A model generated the notes under the pieces. The model had not been told where the DNA came from. It did no database searches and was given only the letters and a program-made list of their open reading frames with translations. The translations under genes and the position numbers were made by a program. Below are positions 43,942-53,467 of a stretch of 64,000 nucleotides of DNA, piece by piece. Origin of the DNA: an uncultured beta proteobacterium. Its GTDB lineage: Bacteria; Pseudomonadota; Gammaproteobacteria; Burkholderiales; SG8-41. Position 1 is the first letter of the stretch, and every line of letters begins with the position of its first letter. The stretch is taken from assembly GCA_902825845.1 (NCBI GenBank), contig CADECM010000017.1, positions 3,077 to 67,076 on the forward strand. Reading direction: 5' to 3'.

Positions 43942-44052
43942 CGGATGGTGCTGGCGTTTGTACCATTCGTACAACACGAATGCACAGTTCGTTCACGCGC
44001 GATGCAATGATAGTGTTGCATGCGTACAACGTTACTGCGCGTGCATGGCGCA

Positions 44053-45315
44053 TCATGCCGGTATCGTTTCATTCGCAAACAGCTCGGCAACATGTTCGCG
44101 TTTGCGAATGACATGCACGTTGGCGCCGTCGATCATCACCTCGGCGGCGCGTGGGCGGGTGTTGTAGTTTGAACTCATGCTCATGCCGTATGCGCCGGCG
44201 GAACGTATCGCCAACACATCACCTTCCTGCAGCGCCAGACGGCGATCGCGCCCGATGAAATCGCCGCTTTCGCAGACCGGGCCGACGATCTCCCAGGATT
44301 CCAGCGTGCCCGCATGCTCGTGCAGCGGAACGATGTCGTGCCAGGCGTCGTAGAGCGCGGGACGCATGAGGTCGTTCATCGCGGCGTCCACCACGGCAAA
44401 GTTGCGCTCGCCGCCGCGCTTCAGGTACTCCACGCGCGTCAGCAGCACGCCGGCGTTGCCGGTGAGGTAACGCCCGGGTTCAAACAAGAACGTTTCGCGG
44501 CGGTTCGCGCTGCCGTTCAGAATGGCAGCGGCGTACTCCGCGATGCCGTCGGCGCGTTCTTCGGCGCGATAGGGAATGCCGAGACCGCCTCCGACATCGA
44601 TGTGCGACAAGGTAATGCCTTCCGCGTTGAGCGCTTCCACCAAGGCAATCACCCGCTCCACTGCCGCTGCAAACGGCGCCACGTCGGTCAGTTGCGAACC
44701 GATATGGCAGTCGATGCCCTCGATCCTGAGGTTTTTCAGTTCGCGCGCACGCCGGTACCAGGCGAGCGCATCGCCATAAGCGACACCGAATTTGTTGTCC
44801 TTGAGTCCAGTGGCGATATACGGATGCGTTTTGGCGTCCACATCGGGATTCACGCGCAGGCTGACCGGCGCGATCCGGCCCAGTTCACCCGCGATGCGGT
44901 CTATGCGCAGCAGTTCGGCGACGGATTCGACGTTAAAACACAGGATTTCAGCCGTCAGGGCCTCGCGAATTTCCGCAACGGTCTTGCCCACGCCCGAAAA
45001 CACCACCTTGCGGGGATCGCCGCCCGCGGCAATCACGCGCGCGAGTTCGCCGCCGGAGACGATGTCGAAGCCGGCGCCCAGACGCGCGAATACGTTGAGA
45101 ATCGCCAGATTGGGGTTGGCCTTGACGGCGTAACAGATTAAATGGCGGCGCGACGCAAACGCGGCTGCAAAGCCGCGGTAGGCGGCTGTCAGTGCCGCCT
45201 TCGAGTACACATAACAGGGCGTGCCGCAGCGCGCGGCGACGCTGGCCAGCGCCACATCTTCGGCGTGCAGCGCGCCGTCGCGATACGCGAATCCCGTGCC
45301 TGCGCCGGCGCTCAT
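44053..45315 (-). CDS. lysA: diaminopimelate decarboxylase
   Basis: Start MSAGAGTGFAYRDGALHAEDV at 45315. YAVKANPNLAILN (PLP Lys), GGGLGIPY, CESGDF and SAGAYGMSMSSNYN. Confidence 0.95.
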   Translation of the reverse strand: MSAGAGTGFAYRDGALHAEDVALASVAARCGTPCYVYSKAALTAAYRGFAAAFASRRHLICYAVKANPNLAILNVFARLGAGFDIVSGGELARVIAAGGDPRKVVFSGVGKTVAEIREALTAEILCFNVESVAELLRIDRIAGELGRIAPVSLRVNPDVDAKTHPYIATGLKDNKFGVAYGDALAWYRRARELKNLRIEGIDCHIGSQLTDVAPFAAAVERVIALVEALNAEGITLSHIDVGGGLGIPYRAEERADGIAEYAAAILNGSANRRETFLFEPGRYLTGNAGVLLTRVEYLKRGGERNFAVVDAAMNDLMRPALYDAWHDIVPLHEHAGTLESWEIVGPVCESGDFIGRDRRLALQEGDVLAIRSAGAYGMSMSSNYNTRPRAAEVMIDGANVHVIRKREHVAELFANETIPA

Positions 45316-45449
45316 GGCTTGTTGTCCGGGACGGTCGCGGGTGCTGTCGCGGGCGGCTTGCCCTGCGGTTTGGGCAGGGTGAGCGGCGTGCGATAGCCGC
45401 ACGCGGCGAGCAGTGCAGAAACAATCAATAACGCAAGCAAAGCGCGCAT
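45312..45449 (-). CDS. small lipoprotein, LptM/YifL-like (45 aa, below ORF-track cutoff)
   Basis: MRALLALLIVSALLAACGYRTPLTLPKPQGKPPATAPATVPDNKP with the lipobox LAAC. ATGA overlap with the lysA start; a small lipoprotein upstream of lysA is a common arrangement. Confidence 0.6.
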   Translation of the reverse strand: MRALLALLIVSALLAACGYRTPLTLPKPQGKPPATAPATVPDNKP

Positions 45450-45513
45450 AAATGCGGGGGCCGGCAATGAAAAAGGGGCGCAAAGTCTACCATGCGCCCA
45501 TGCACGGCCGCGA

Positions 45514-46287
45514 TCAATCCACGAGGTAGCGGTGCGACTCGCGGCGGATTTCGCGGCGCCGCGCCGCGTAGTCGGGAATGACGCCGCCGACCACGGCCCA
45601 GAATCGCGGCGAGTGATTCATTTCGCGCAGATGCGCCAGCTCATGCACCAGCACGTAATCGATCAGATGCTGCGGCATGTGGATCAGCCGCCAGTTCAGC
45701 GAGATGCGTCCGCTGGCGTGGCAGCTGCCCCAGCGCGACCGCGCATTGGATAGTCTGATGGCAATCGGATCCAGCGTTACGCGCGTGCGAAATTGTTCAA
45801 TCCGCTGGTGAAAGTGATCCAGCGCCTGGCCGCGCAACCAGTGTACCGCCAGCGCCGCGACGGCGGGCGCCGACGTGTCCGGCGCGCGGACGCGCAACTG
45901 GCCCGGCGTGCGGTCGACGCTCCTGGGGCCGCGCGCGACGTCCAGCGTCAGCGGCAACCCCAGATAGGTCAGCGTTTCGCCGCTCTCCCAACGCCGCGCG
46001 GGCGCGCGCCGTTCGCGCCAGTCGGCCAGTTTGCGGATTACCCAGCGCGCGTGATCGTGCAGCACCGATTCGATTTCGCGCAGTGACGCGCGCAACGGCG
46101 CCCCCACGCGCAGTCCGCGCTCGTCGACCGACAGCGAGATGCGGCGGCGGCCATGGCTGCGGTGCAGCAGGTAATCGACCGGCTGACCGTCGAGTACGGC
46201 GCGCGTGGTTACCACCGGGTTCGCCGTCAGCGGCGCGAAGGGCAGTTCGAGTTGCGCGCCGATCGGCGGATTATGCGGGATCGGCAT
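45514..46287 (-). CDS. M48-family/YgjP-like (DUF45) metallopeptidase
   Basis: HEXXH in VLVHELAHLREMNHS. Confidence 0.8.
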   Translation of the reverse strand: MPIPHNPPIGAQLELPFAPLTANPVVTTRAVLDGQPVDYLLHRSHGRRRISLSVDERGLRVGAPLRASLREIESVLHDHARWVIRKLADWRERRAPARRWESGETLTYLGLPLTLDVARGPRSVDRTPGQLRVRAPDTSAPAVAALAVHWLRGQALDHFHQRIEQFRTRVTLDPIAIRLSNARSRWGSCHASGRISLNWRLIHMPQHLIDYVLVHELAHLREMNHSPRFWAVVGGVIPDYAARRREIRRESHRYLVD

Positions 46288-46999
46288 GGGCCGTGAGATT
46301 GGGCATTTCGGACTCGATCCAGTCTTCCACTCGTTTGTTCAATTCCGCCGCCGACAACCCGGCCGGTGAAATCGGCTTGCCGATACTCACCGTGATCAGT
46401 CCCGGCCGCTTGATGAAACCGTTCTTGCGCCAGCACTCGCCTGCGTTATGCGCCACCGGCAGCGCCAGCGCGCCGGTCTTGGCGGCGAGCCATGCGCCTC
46501 CCGGATGGTACGTGCCCCGCTGTCCCGGCGCAACGCGCGTGCCTTCCGGGAAGATGACAATATAAAAGCCCGCGTCGAGGCGCTCGCGGCCCTGTTCCGC
46601 CATCTGGCGAAGCGCCTTGCCGCCGGACCCGCGGTTGATCGCGATCGGCGACAGCATCGCCAGGCCCCAGCCGAAAAACGGGATCCACAGCAACTCGCGT
46701 TTCATCACCCATACCTGCGGCGGAAAAATGGTCTGCCAGGCCAGCGTTTCCCATGCCGACTGATGCTTGGATAGAATGACGCAGGGCCGGCGCGGGATGT
46801 TCTCCGCGCCGATGACGCGGTAACGCACGCCGCATATGGCGGCTGCCGCGCCGGTGATCAGCCGCGACCAGGTGGTGATGATGCTATAGCGCCTGTGCCG
46901 CGATAACGGGAAGGAGAACAGCGCGGCCGCAGTGAAAAAAGGCGTAATGACGATCTGGATCAGGGCCAGCAGACAGGAACGAAATAAAGCCTGCGCCAT
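46271..46999 (-). CDS. plsC: 1-acyl-sn-glycerol-3-phosphate acyltransferase
   Basis: ILSKHQSAWETL (HX4D/E block) and VIFPEGTR. Confidence 0.85.
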   Translation of the reverse strand: MAQALFRSCLLALIQIVITPFFTAAALFSFPLSRHRRYSIITTWSRLITGAAAAICGVRYRVIGAENIPRRPCVILSKHQSAWETLAWQTIFPPQVWVMKRELLWIPFFGWGLAMLSPIAINRGSGGKALRQMAEQGRERLDAGFYIVIFPEGTRVAPGQRGTYHPGGAWLAAKTGALALPVAHNAGECWRKNGFIKRPGLITVSIGKPISPAGLSAAELNKRVEDWIESEMPNLTAHADPA

Positions 47000-47011
47000 C
47001 GGATCGCTGGT

Positions 47012-47545
47012 TCACTCGGCCAGCGCGTCCACTGCCGCGGCAAGATCGGCAAACACACGGGTCCCCGGCGGCAGGCCGCCATCACGCTGTGTCTTCTTGC
47101 CGTTGCCGGTCAACACCAGCACGGGCTGCGCGCCCACGGCGGCGGCCGCCTGTAAATCGCGCAGACCGTCGCCCACCACCGGCACTGCCGCCATCGGAGT
47201 ATTCAGGCGGTGCGCGATGTCTTCCAGCATGCCGGGTTTGGGCTTGCGGCAGTGGCAATTGTCGGCCGCCGCGTGCGGACAAAAATAGACGGCATCAATA
47301 CGCCCGCCCGCCTGTGCCAGCGCCTTGTGCATCTTGTCGTGGATGGCGTTGAGCGTGGTCATGTCGAAAAAACCGCGGCCAATGCCGGATTGATTGGTGG
47401 CCACAATGACATGAAAGCCCGCCTGATTGAGCCGCGCGATCGCGTTCAGACTGCCGGTGATCGGCCGCCATTCAGCGGGACTCTTGATAAAGGCGTCGCT
47501 GTCATGGTTGATCACGCCATCGCGGTCGAGCACGATCAGTTTCAT
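47012..47545 (-). CDS. gmhB: D-glycero-beta-D-manno-heptose-1,7-bisphosphate 7-phosphatase
   Basis: [18 protein letters not shown], the Zn-site [19 protein letters not shown] and VGDGLRD. Confidence 0.9.
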   Translation of the reverse strand: MKLIVLDRDGVINHDSDAFIKSPAEWRPITGSLNAIARLNQAGFHVIVATNQSGIGRGFFDMTTLNAIHDKMHKALAQAGGRIDAVYFCPHAAADNCHCRKPKPGMLEDIAHRLNTPMAAVPVVGDGLRDLQAAAAVGAQPVLVLTGNGKKTQRDGGLPPGTRVFADLAAAVDALAE

Positions 47546-50500
47546 GTGGCGAGTTTCGAGATGTTGACCACCTGATGGGTGAGACTGCCCACTTCATGCA
47601 GCAGTGCAAAACGATTTTCGCGAAGGGCCTGGTCTTCGACGTTGACCATCACTTTGTCGAAGAACTGCGTGACCGGCTGATGCAGTTGCGCGGTACGCAG
47701 CAGGGCCTCGCTGAACTGGCCCTGCGGCAACAGCGCATCGACTTCGGCACGCAGTGCGCGGGCTACGTTAAGTAATTGTTTTTCTTCGATTTCCATGAGG
47801 CGTGCCGTATCGGCCCTGACCACTGTGGCCGCGGTACCCGCCGCGCCGGATTTACTCAGGATATTGCGGATGCGCTTGTCAGCTTCGGCCAGACCTGCCG
47901 ACTCCGGCAGCGCCAGAAATTTGCGCGCGGCGTCGAGACGGCTGACGTACTCAAGTGGCCTGGGTGAAAGATCAAGCACCGACTCCACTTCCAGCGCGGT
48001 GTAGCCCAGCTCGCGCAAATAGCTGCGCGCGCGCTCAGTGACAAACGCTCCGGCTTCAACGGCGTTGGGCACCGCAATACCCTTGCGGTCGTGGCTGTCG
48101 AGCACCGTGCCTTTGGGGAAGGTCCCGTGGGCGAGCTCGAGCAGTTCGCCAAAATGCAGCGGCAATTGGCGTTCCGCCAGTATGCGTATCACCCCCAGCG
48201 CGTGCCGCCGCAATGCAAACGGATCCTTGTCGCCGGTGGGTATGGCGCCGGTGCCGAATATGCCGATGATCGTGTCGAGTTTGTCGGCCAGCGCCACGCA
48301 GCAGGCTTCCTGGCTCTGCGGCAGGCGGTCGCCGGCGAAGCGCGGCAGATAGTGTTCCGCGATGGCATCGGCCACCACTTCCGGCTCGCCATCGTGCCGC
48401 GCGTAGTAGCGGCCCATGATGCCCTGCAGTTCGGGGAACTCGCCGACCATGCCGGTTTGCAAATCGGCTTTGGCGAGCCACGCCGCGCGCTGCGTGTGTT
48501 CAACCCGCAGCGGCTCGGCGCCGATCCGCCGCGCGATCCTGCCGGCAAGCAACTGGATGCGCTCGACGCGCTCCAACTGGCTGCCGAGCTTGTTGTGATA
48601 GACGACTTTGCTCAGGGCCGGCACGCGCGTCTCCAGCCGCGCCTTGCGGTCCTGATCGTAAAAAAACCGCGCATCGGCCAGCCGCGGCCGCACCACGCGC
48701 TGATTGCCTTCGATGATGTTCCTGGGATCGGCCACCTGCATATTGCTGACCACCAGAAACTTTTCCGTGAGCTTGCCGCCGCTGTCAAACAGCGGGAAAT
48801 ACTTCTGGTTGGTGCGCATGGTGAGGATCAGGCACTCCTGCGGCACCGACAGGAATTCCTTTTCGAATCCGGCGGCATAGACCACCGGCCATTCCACCAG
48901 GGCGGTGACTTCGTCGAGCAGGGCCTCGTATTCACCAAGCGTGCAGCCCAGCGCAGAGGCCTTTTCCTTTAGCTGCGCTTCAATTACCGCGCGGCGAGTT
49001 CCAAAGTTGGCGATGACCTTGCCGTCGTCCTTCAGACGCGTCTCGTATTCGCCCGCGTCTTTCAATTCGATATCGCGCGCGCCGAGGAAGCGATGGCCGT
49101 GCGTCCCGCGTCCCGCGGCAAGTCCCAATGCCTGTACGTCGACCACGTCTGCGCCATGCAACGCGACCAGGCCATGCGCGGGGCGCACGAACTTGACCGT
49201 CTCGACGCTGCCGGGCAATTGGTAGCTCATGACTTTGGGTATCGGCAGTCGCGCGATGGCTTTTTCCAGCGCGGCAGACAACGCCGCCTGCAAGGACAGC
49301 CCTGCGGCAAGCTGCGGCAGGAACAACATCACCAGTTTGCCGTCGCTGGCTTTTTTGATCGAGGCTAGCGCCGATTCATCGCGGCCCAGCGCGGCGAGTT
49401 TTTTCAACAACGCCGCGGTCGGTTTGCCCGCGGCGTCGAGGCCGACTTTTTCCGGCAGCAGCCGTTCGTCAATTTGGCGGTCCGGCGCTCTGCCCGGCAC
49501 GCTCGAAAAACGCGCTGCCAGGCGCCGTGGTGTGGCAAACACCTCCAGCCCGCAATCCGCTGCCAGCAAGCCGCTCGCGGTCAGTTCGTCGCGTAAGCCG
49601 TGCGCAAAGGCTTCACCCAGACGCTGCAGCGCCTTGGGCGGCAGTTCTTCGGTAAACAATTCGACCAACAGCGGGGCAACGGTGTCGACGCCTGCCGGCG
49701 CTGCGGCGGCCTCTGGTGTGGGCGCTGGCTTGGCTGCGAGCGCGCGCGGCAGACCTTTGCGTGCCGCCAGTACTTCGTCAATTTCTTCTTTTGAAACAAA
49801 GGCTTGTATTGCCTCCTCTGAGGCGCGCTCAAAGCCGCGCTGCTTGCGAGACTGGTAGTACGACTGCGCCGCCGCGCGCGCCAGCGCCCGCACGCGGCCG
49901 ATGTAGGCAGCGCGCTCGGTTACCGAAATCGCGCCGCGTGCATCCAGCAGATTGAAGCTGTGCGAGCATTTCATCACCATCTCGTAACCGGGCAATGCGA
50001 GGCCGGCTTCAAACAATCGCTTTGCTTCGCCTTCAAACTGGCCGAACTGCAGCAGCAGCATGTCGACGTTGGCCTGCTCGAAGTTGTACGTCGATTGCTC
50101 AACCTCATTCTGGTGATACACATCGCGGTAGGTGACGCCCGGCGCCCACACCAGATCGAAAATGCTTTCCTTTTGCTGCAGGTACATGGCCAGGCGCTCG
50201 ATGCCGTAGGTGATCTCGCCCATCACCGGCCTGCACGGGATGCCGCCGACCTCCTGAAAATAAGTGAACTGCGTGACCTCCATGCCGTTCAACCACACTT
50301 CCCAGCCCAGGCCCCACGCGCCGAGCGTGGGCGATTCCCAGTCGTCCTCGACAAAGCGGATGTCGTGTTCGAGCGGATCGATGCCGATTTCCTTGAGCGA
50401 GCCCAGATACAAATCCAGAATGTTCGCGGGGGAGGGCTTCAGTACCACCTGATACTGGTAATAGTGCTGCAGACGATTCGGATTTTCACCATAGCGGCCG

Positions 50501-50691
50501 TCTTTGGGGCGGCGCGACGGCTGCACGTACGCGGCATTCCACGGCTCCGGGCCGATCGCGCGCAGGAAGGTGGCGGTGTGGAAGGTGCCCGCGCCGACCT
50601 CCATGTCGTATGGCTGCAGCAACGCACAGTGATTGCGGTCCCAATAGTGATTGAGCGCGAGGATCAGTTGCTGAAAGGTTTGCATTGACAA
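47542..50691 (-). CDS. glyQS: glycine--tRNA ligase, alpha and beta subunits fused in one 1049-aa ORF
   Basis: Residues 1-~295 are GlyQ ([39 protein letters not shown]...). A ~50-aa Ala/Pro/Glu linker follows, then the GlyS N-terminus [15 protein letters not shown] through to the end. There is no stop or frameshift between them. ATGA overlap with gmhB. Confidence 0.9.
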   Translation of the reverse strand: MSMQTFQQLILALNHYWDRNHCALLQPYDMEVGAGTFHTATFLRAIGPEPWNAAYVQPSRRPKDGRYGENPNRLQHYYQYQVVLKPSPANILDLYLGSLKEIGIDPLEHDIRFVEDDWESPTLGAWGLGWEVWLNGMEVTQFTYFQEVGGIPCRPVMGEITYGIERLAMYLQQKESIFDLVWAPGVTYRDVYHQNEVEQSTYNFEQANVDMLLLQFGQFEGEAKRLFEAGLALPGYEMVMKCSHSFNLLDARGAISVTERAAYIGRVRALARAAAQSYYQSRKQRGFERASEEAIQAFVSKEEIDEVLAARKGLPRALAAKPAPTPEAAAAPAGVDTVAPLLVELFTEELPPKALQRLGEAFAHGLRDELTASGLLAADCGLEVFATPRRLAARFSSVPGRAPDRQIDERLLPEKVGLDAAGKPTAALLKKLAALGRDESALASIKKASDGKLVMLFLPQLAAGLSLQAALSAALEKAIARLPIPKVMSYQLPGSVETVKFVRPAHGLVALHGADVVDVQALGLAAGRGTHGHRFLGARDIELKDAGEYETRLKDDGKVIANFGTRRAVIEAQLKEKASALGCTLGEYEALLDEVTALVEWPVVYAAGFEKEFLSVPQECLILTMRTNQKYFPLFDSGGKLTEKFLVVSNMQVADPRNIIEGNQRVVRPRLADARFFYDQDRKARLETRVPALSKVVYHNKLGSQLERVERIQLLAGRIARRIGAEPLRVEHTQRAAWLAKADLQTGMVGEFPELQGIMGRYYARHDGEPEVVADAIAEHYLPRFAGDRLPQSQEACCVALADKLDTIIGIFGTGAIPTGDKDPFALRRHALGVIRILAERQLPLHFGELLELAHGTFPKGTVLDSHDRKGIAVPNAVEAGAFVTERARSYLRELGYTALEVESVLDLSPRPLEYVSRLDAARKFLALPESAGLAEADKRIRNILSKSGAAGTAATVVRADTARLMEIEEKQLLNVARALRAEVDALLPQGQFSEALLRTAQLHQPVTQFFDKVMVNVEDQALRENRFALLHEVGSLTHQVVNISKLAT
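47768..47794 (-). repeat. AT-rich motif copy S16 embedded in glyS coding sequence
   Basis: TTAAGTAATTGTTTTTCTTCGATTTCC; the coding strand reads gaa atc gaa gaa aaa caa tta ctt aac = EIEEKQLLN. Confidence 0.45.
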
Positions 50692-50758
50692 TTCGCGAAT
50701 AAACCACGAATTTTACAGGCAATTTCCCGACGCCGGGCATATCGCCGCGGTTAAAAAC

Positions 50759-51745
50759 TCAGGGCTGACGCGCCTTGGTGCTGGCGAGCTCGCGCTCCAG
50801 TTGCTCGATGCGCCGCTGCATGACCGACAAGCGCGTATTCAGCGCACCGACGTTGAAGAAGGTTTCGTTGTTCGCGGGCGCGTTGAGCACGGCGGCATAA
50901 CCCAGCCACGAGGGCTCGTATACCTTGACGTTTTTGAAGCCGAGCTTCGACAGTACCACGGCCGTTTCCGAGGCGCGCGTGCCGCTCTGGCAATACACGA
51001 TGGTTTCTTTTTCGGGGTCGAGCGCGGCGTAAAGTTTTTTCAGTTCCTGTCCGGATTTCAATGACATGCCGCTGTTGTCCGCCACCTGTTTGCGCGCGAG
51101 CTTCAACGCGGTGTCGGGGTCCGCCCAGTTCTGCTCATAAGGAATGTTGATTGCACCGGGAATGTGCCCGCCGCGAATGGCGCGGATGTCGTTGCCGCTG
51201 AATTCCGCCACGGTGCGCGCGTCGATGATCTGCACGCCCCGTTTTTGTGCGGCGAGCATTTGCGAGGTATCGATGCCGAGCGACGGATCGGGTGTCAGTT
51301 TCAGCGTCACCGGCGGCAGTCTGGGCGCGTTGGTACTGATGGTCAGCCCGGCACCACGCCAGCCGTCGATGCCGTCGTGATACACATGGCCCTGCGTGCC
51401 GCCGAAATAGCGCAGGCTGTAGAGGCCGAGGTAGGCGCTGGCGTCGCCGCGTGTCGAATACACGATGATTTCTTTCGACGGATCAATGCCCGCCGCGCCC
51501 AGTGCTTTTTCAATCTGCGCAGTCGGCAGGAAGTCTTCAGTGTTCGGATTGCGCAGTGCCCGCGCGATGGCTCCCACACTGACGGCGCCGGGAATGTGGC
51601 CTTTCTGGTAGGCCTCGGCGGCACGCACGTCCCAGATGATCACGCCGCGTTTTTGCGCTTCCAGCACGAACGCGGTATCGACGATGTTGCCCATCGCCCA
51701 TACGGGTAGGCATAAAAAATTTAATAAAAACAGATAGTTACGCAT
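50759..51745 (-). CDS. secreted tandem-rhodanese sulfurtransferase
   Basis: Start MRNYLFLLNFLCLPVWA at 51745 (the track ORF extends to 51847). Two rhodanese domains, active-site loop VYCQSGTRAS and a C-terminal coiled tail. Confidence 0.8.
   Translation of the reverse strand: MRNYLFLLNFLCLPVWAMGNIVDTAFVLEAQKRGVIIWDVRAAEAYQKGHIPGAVSVGAIARALRNPNTEDFLPTAQIEKALGAAGIDPSKEIIVYSTRGDASAYLGLYSLRYFGGTQGHVYHDGIDGWRGAGLTISTNAPRLPPVTLKLTPDPSLGIDTSQMLAAQKRGVQIIDARTVAEFSGNDIRAIRGGHIPGAINIPYEQNWADPDTALKLARKQVADNSGMSLKSGQELKKLYAALDPEKETIVYCQSGTRASETAVVLSKLGFKNVKVYEPSWLGYAAVLNAPANNETFFNVGALNTRLSVMQRRIEQLERELASTKARQP
51713..51741 (+). repeat. AT-rich motif copy S17 overlapping the rhodanese start/signal peptide
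   Basis: TAAAAAATTTAATAAAAACAGATAGTTAC; the coding strand reads cgt aac tat ctg ttt tta tta aat ttt tta. Confidence 0.55.
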
Positions 51746-51767
51746 ATTTCTCCCATTGGGGTTCCTG

Positions 51768-53249
51768 TCAGCGGCGGCGTCGCGAGAGCGCCAACGCCAG
51801 CATTGCCGCAACAATCGCCAGCACCGCGTGGTTGCCCCAGCGCACATACGGCGTGATGCCCTGATAGCCGGGCACGTTGTGCTCTACCGAGGCGGTGGTG
51901 AATTGCGGCGCGGCCTTCACCACGCGTCCACGCTGATCGATCACGGCCGTCATGCCGGTGTTGGTGGCGCGCAGCATGTAGCGGCCGGTCTCGAGCGCGC
52001 GTGCCTGCGAAATTTGCAGATGCTGTTCCGGCGCGATGGAGCGGCCGAACCACGCGACATTGCTGATATTCACCAGTAATGTCGCCTGTGGCAACTGGCG
52101 GATGATTTCCTCGCCGAACACGTCTTCGTAGCAGATATTCACCGCCACGCGCTGCCCGGCAATGTCGAGCGGCTGCTGGCCGGGGGCGCCGCGCGAAAAA
52201 TCCTGCATGGGTATGGCGAGAATGTTGACGATCCACGCCAGCACGGGACGCAGCGGGATGAACTCGCCAAACGGCACCAGATGTGATTTGCGGTAGCGTT
52301 GCGACGGCGAACTGCCAAGGGAAATCGCCGCGTTGTAATAACTGCCGTCGGGTTCACGCTCGACCACGCCAAACAGCAAATCGCCCGTGCGGCTGCGGGC
52401 GTGCCCGGCCAGCAAATCCAGATAATCGGGCGGCACCTGATGCAAAAACATCGGTAATGCGGTTTCCGGCAGCACGATCAGTTGTGCGTTGCTTGCGCGC
52501 GCGAGATCGGCATACGACTTGAGCGTGGCGATCATTTGATCTTCGCGCCATTTCATGTCTTGCGACACATTGCCCTGCAGCAGGCTCACCGTCGTCGATG
52601 TGCCGCTGGGGGCGGTCCATTCCATCTGCTTTAACGCAAATCCGCCGGCGGCATAGCAAAGCAAGCTTGCGGATGCTGCCGTAAGTGCGGCCCTGGTTCT
52701 TTGCCGCCGCGCGGCAGCAGCGATGCAGCCGGCGATCAACGTCACGGCCAGACTCACACCGTAAATGCCAAACAGCGGGGCAAATCCGGCCAGGGGACTT
52801 GAGGGAATTTGCGAGTAACCGACGCTGTTCCACGGGAACCCGGTAAAAATCCAGTTGCGCACCCACTCGGCCAGCACCCAACAGGCAGGTGCAATCACCA
52901 TGGATTTCACGACGGGCGCGCGCCCGCTACGTGCCACCGCATAACCCGCCGCCGCCGGAAACAGGGCGAGAAACGCACAGAACAGCAGCGTGGCGGCGGC
53001 CGCCAGCGGCAGCGGCATGGCGCCGAAGGTGTGCAGGCTGACGTAAATCCACGATACGCCGGCGAGAAAAAAGCCCACCCCGAACGCCCATCCGGTCTTG
53101 AAGGCGTGCCCAGGCGTGGCGGCATGCGCCCATTGCCAGAACAACAATGCCAGCGTGAAAAACGGCAGGGGTGCGGCATGGAACGGCGCGAACCCTGCAA
53201 CCGTCAACACGCCTGCAAGAAACGCAATCAGGAAAAACCTGTCGCGCAT
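51768..53249 (-). CDS. lnt: apolipoprotein N-acyltransferase
   Basis: 493 aa with an N-terminal polytopic domain and a CN-hydrolase domain (LIVLPETA, ICYEDVFG, NISNVAWFG). Confidence 0.95.
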   Translation of the reverse strand: MRDRFFLIAFLAGVLTVAGFAPFHAAPLPFFTLALLFWQWAHAATPGHAFKTGWAFGVGFFLAGVSWIYVSLHTFGAMPLPLAAAATLLFCAFLALFPAAAGYAVARSGRAPVVKSMVIAPACWVLAEWVRNWIFTGFPWNSVGYSQIPSSPLAGFAPLFGIYGVSLAVTLIAGCIAAAARRQRTRAALTAASASLLCYAAGGFALKQMEWTAPSGTSTTVSLLQGNVSQDMKWREDQMIATLKSYADLARASNAQLIVLPETALPMFLHQVPPDYLDLLAGHARSRTGDLLFGVVEREPDGSYYNAAISLGSSPSQRYRKSHLVPFGEFIPLRPVLAWIVNILAIPMQDFSRGAPGQQPLDIAGQRVAVNICYEDVFGEEIIRQLPQATLLVNISNVAWFGRSIAPEQHLQISQARALETGRYMLRATNTGMTAVIDQRGRVVKAAPQFTTASVEHNVPGYQGITPYVRWGNHAVLAIVAAMLALALSRRRR

Positions 53250-53294
53250 GTTTCAAGCCGCCTTGTGTCTATTCGGAAGGAGAAAACGTTATTG

Positions 53295-53427
53295 GCCACA
53301 GATAAACACGGATAAACACAGATGCAAACCGCGGCTGCGGATGAACGCAAAATATCCCGGGGCCAATCTGCGTCGACGGTTTCGACGTTCAGGATCTGAT
53401 CTGTGTTTATCCGTGTGCATCTGTGGC
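53295..53427. repeat. 133-bp element bounded by 29-bp inverted repeats
   Basis: GCCACAGATAAACACGGATAAACACAGAT (53295-53323) versus the reverse complement of ATCTGTGTTTATCCGTGTGCATCTGTGGC (53399-53427), 27/29 matches. The arms contain GATAAACAC direct sub-repeats. It lies in the lnt-corC gap. Confidence 0.8.
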
Positions 53428-53467
53428 TGAATATTCTTGGTTCTTGGGTGTAACCCGGCCTGATTGG

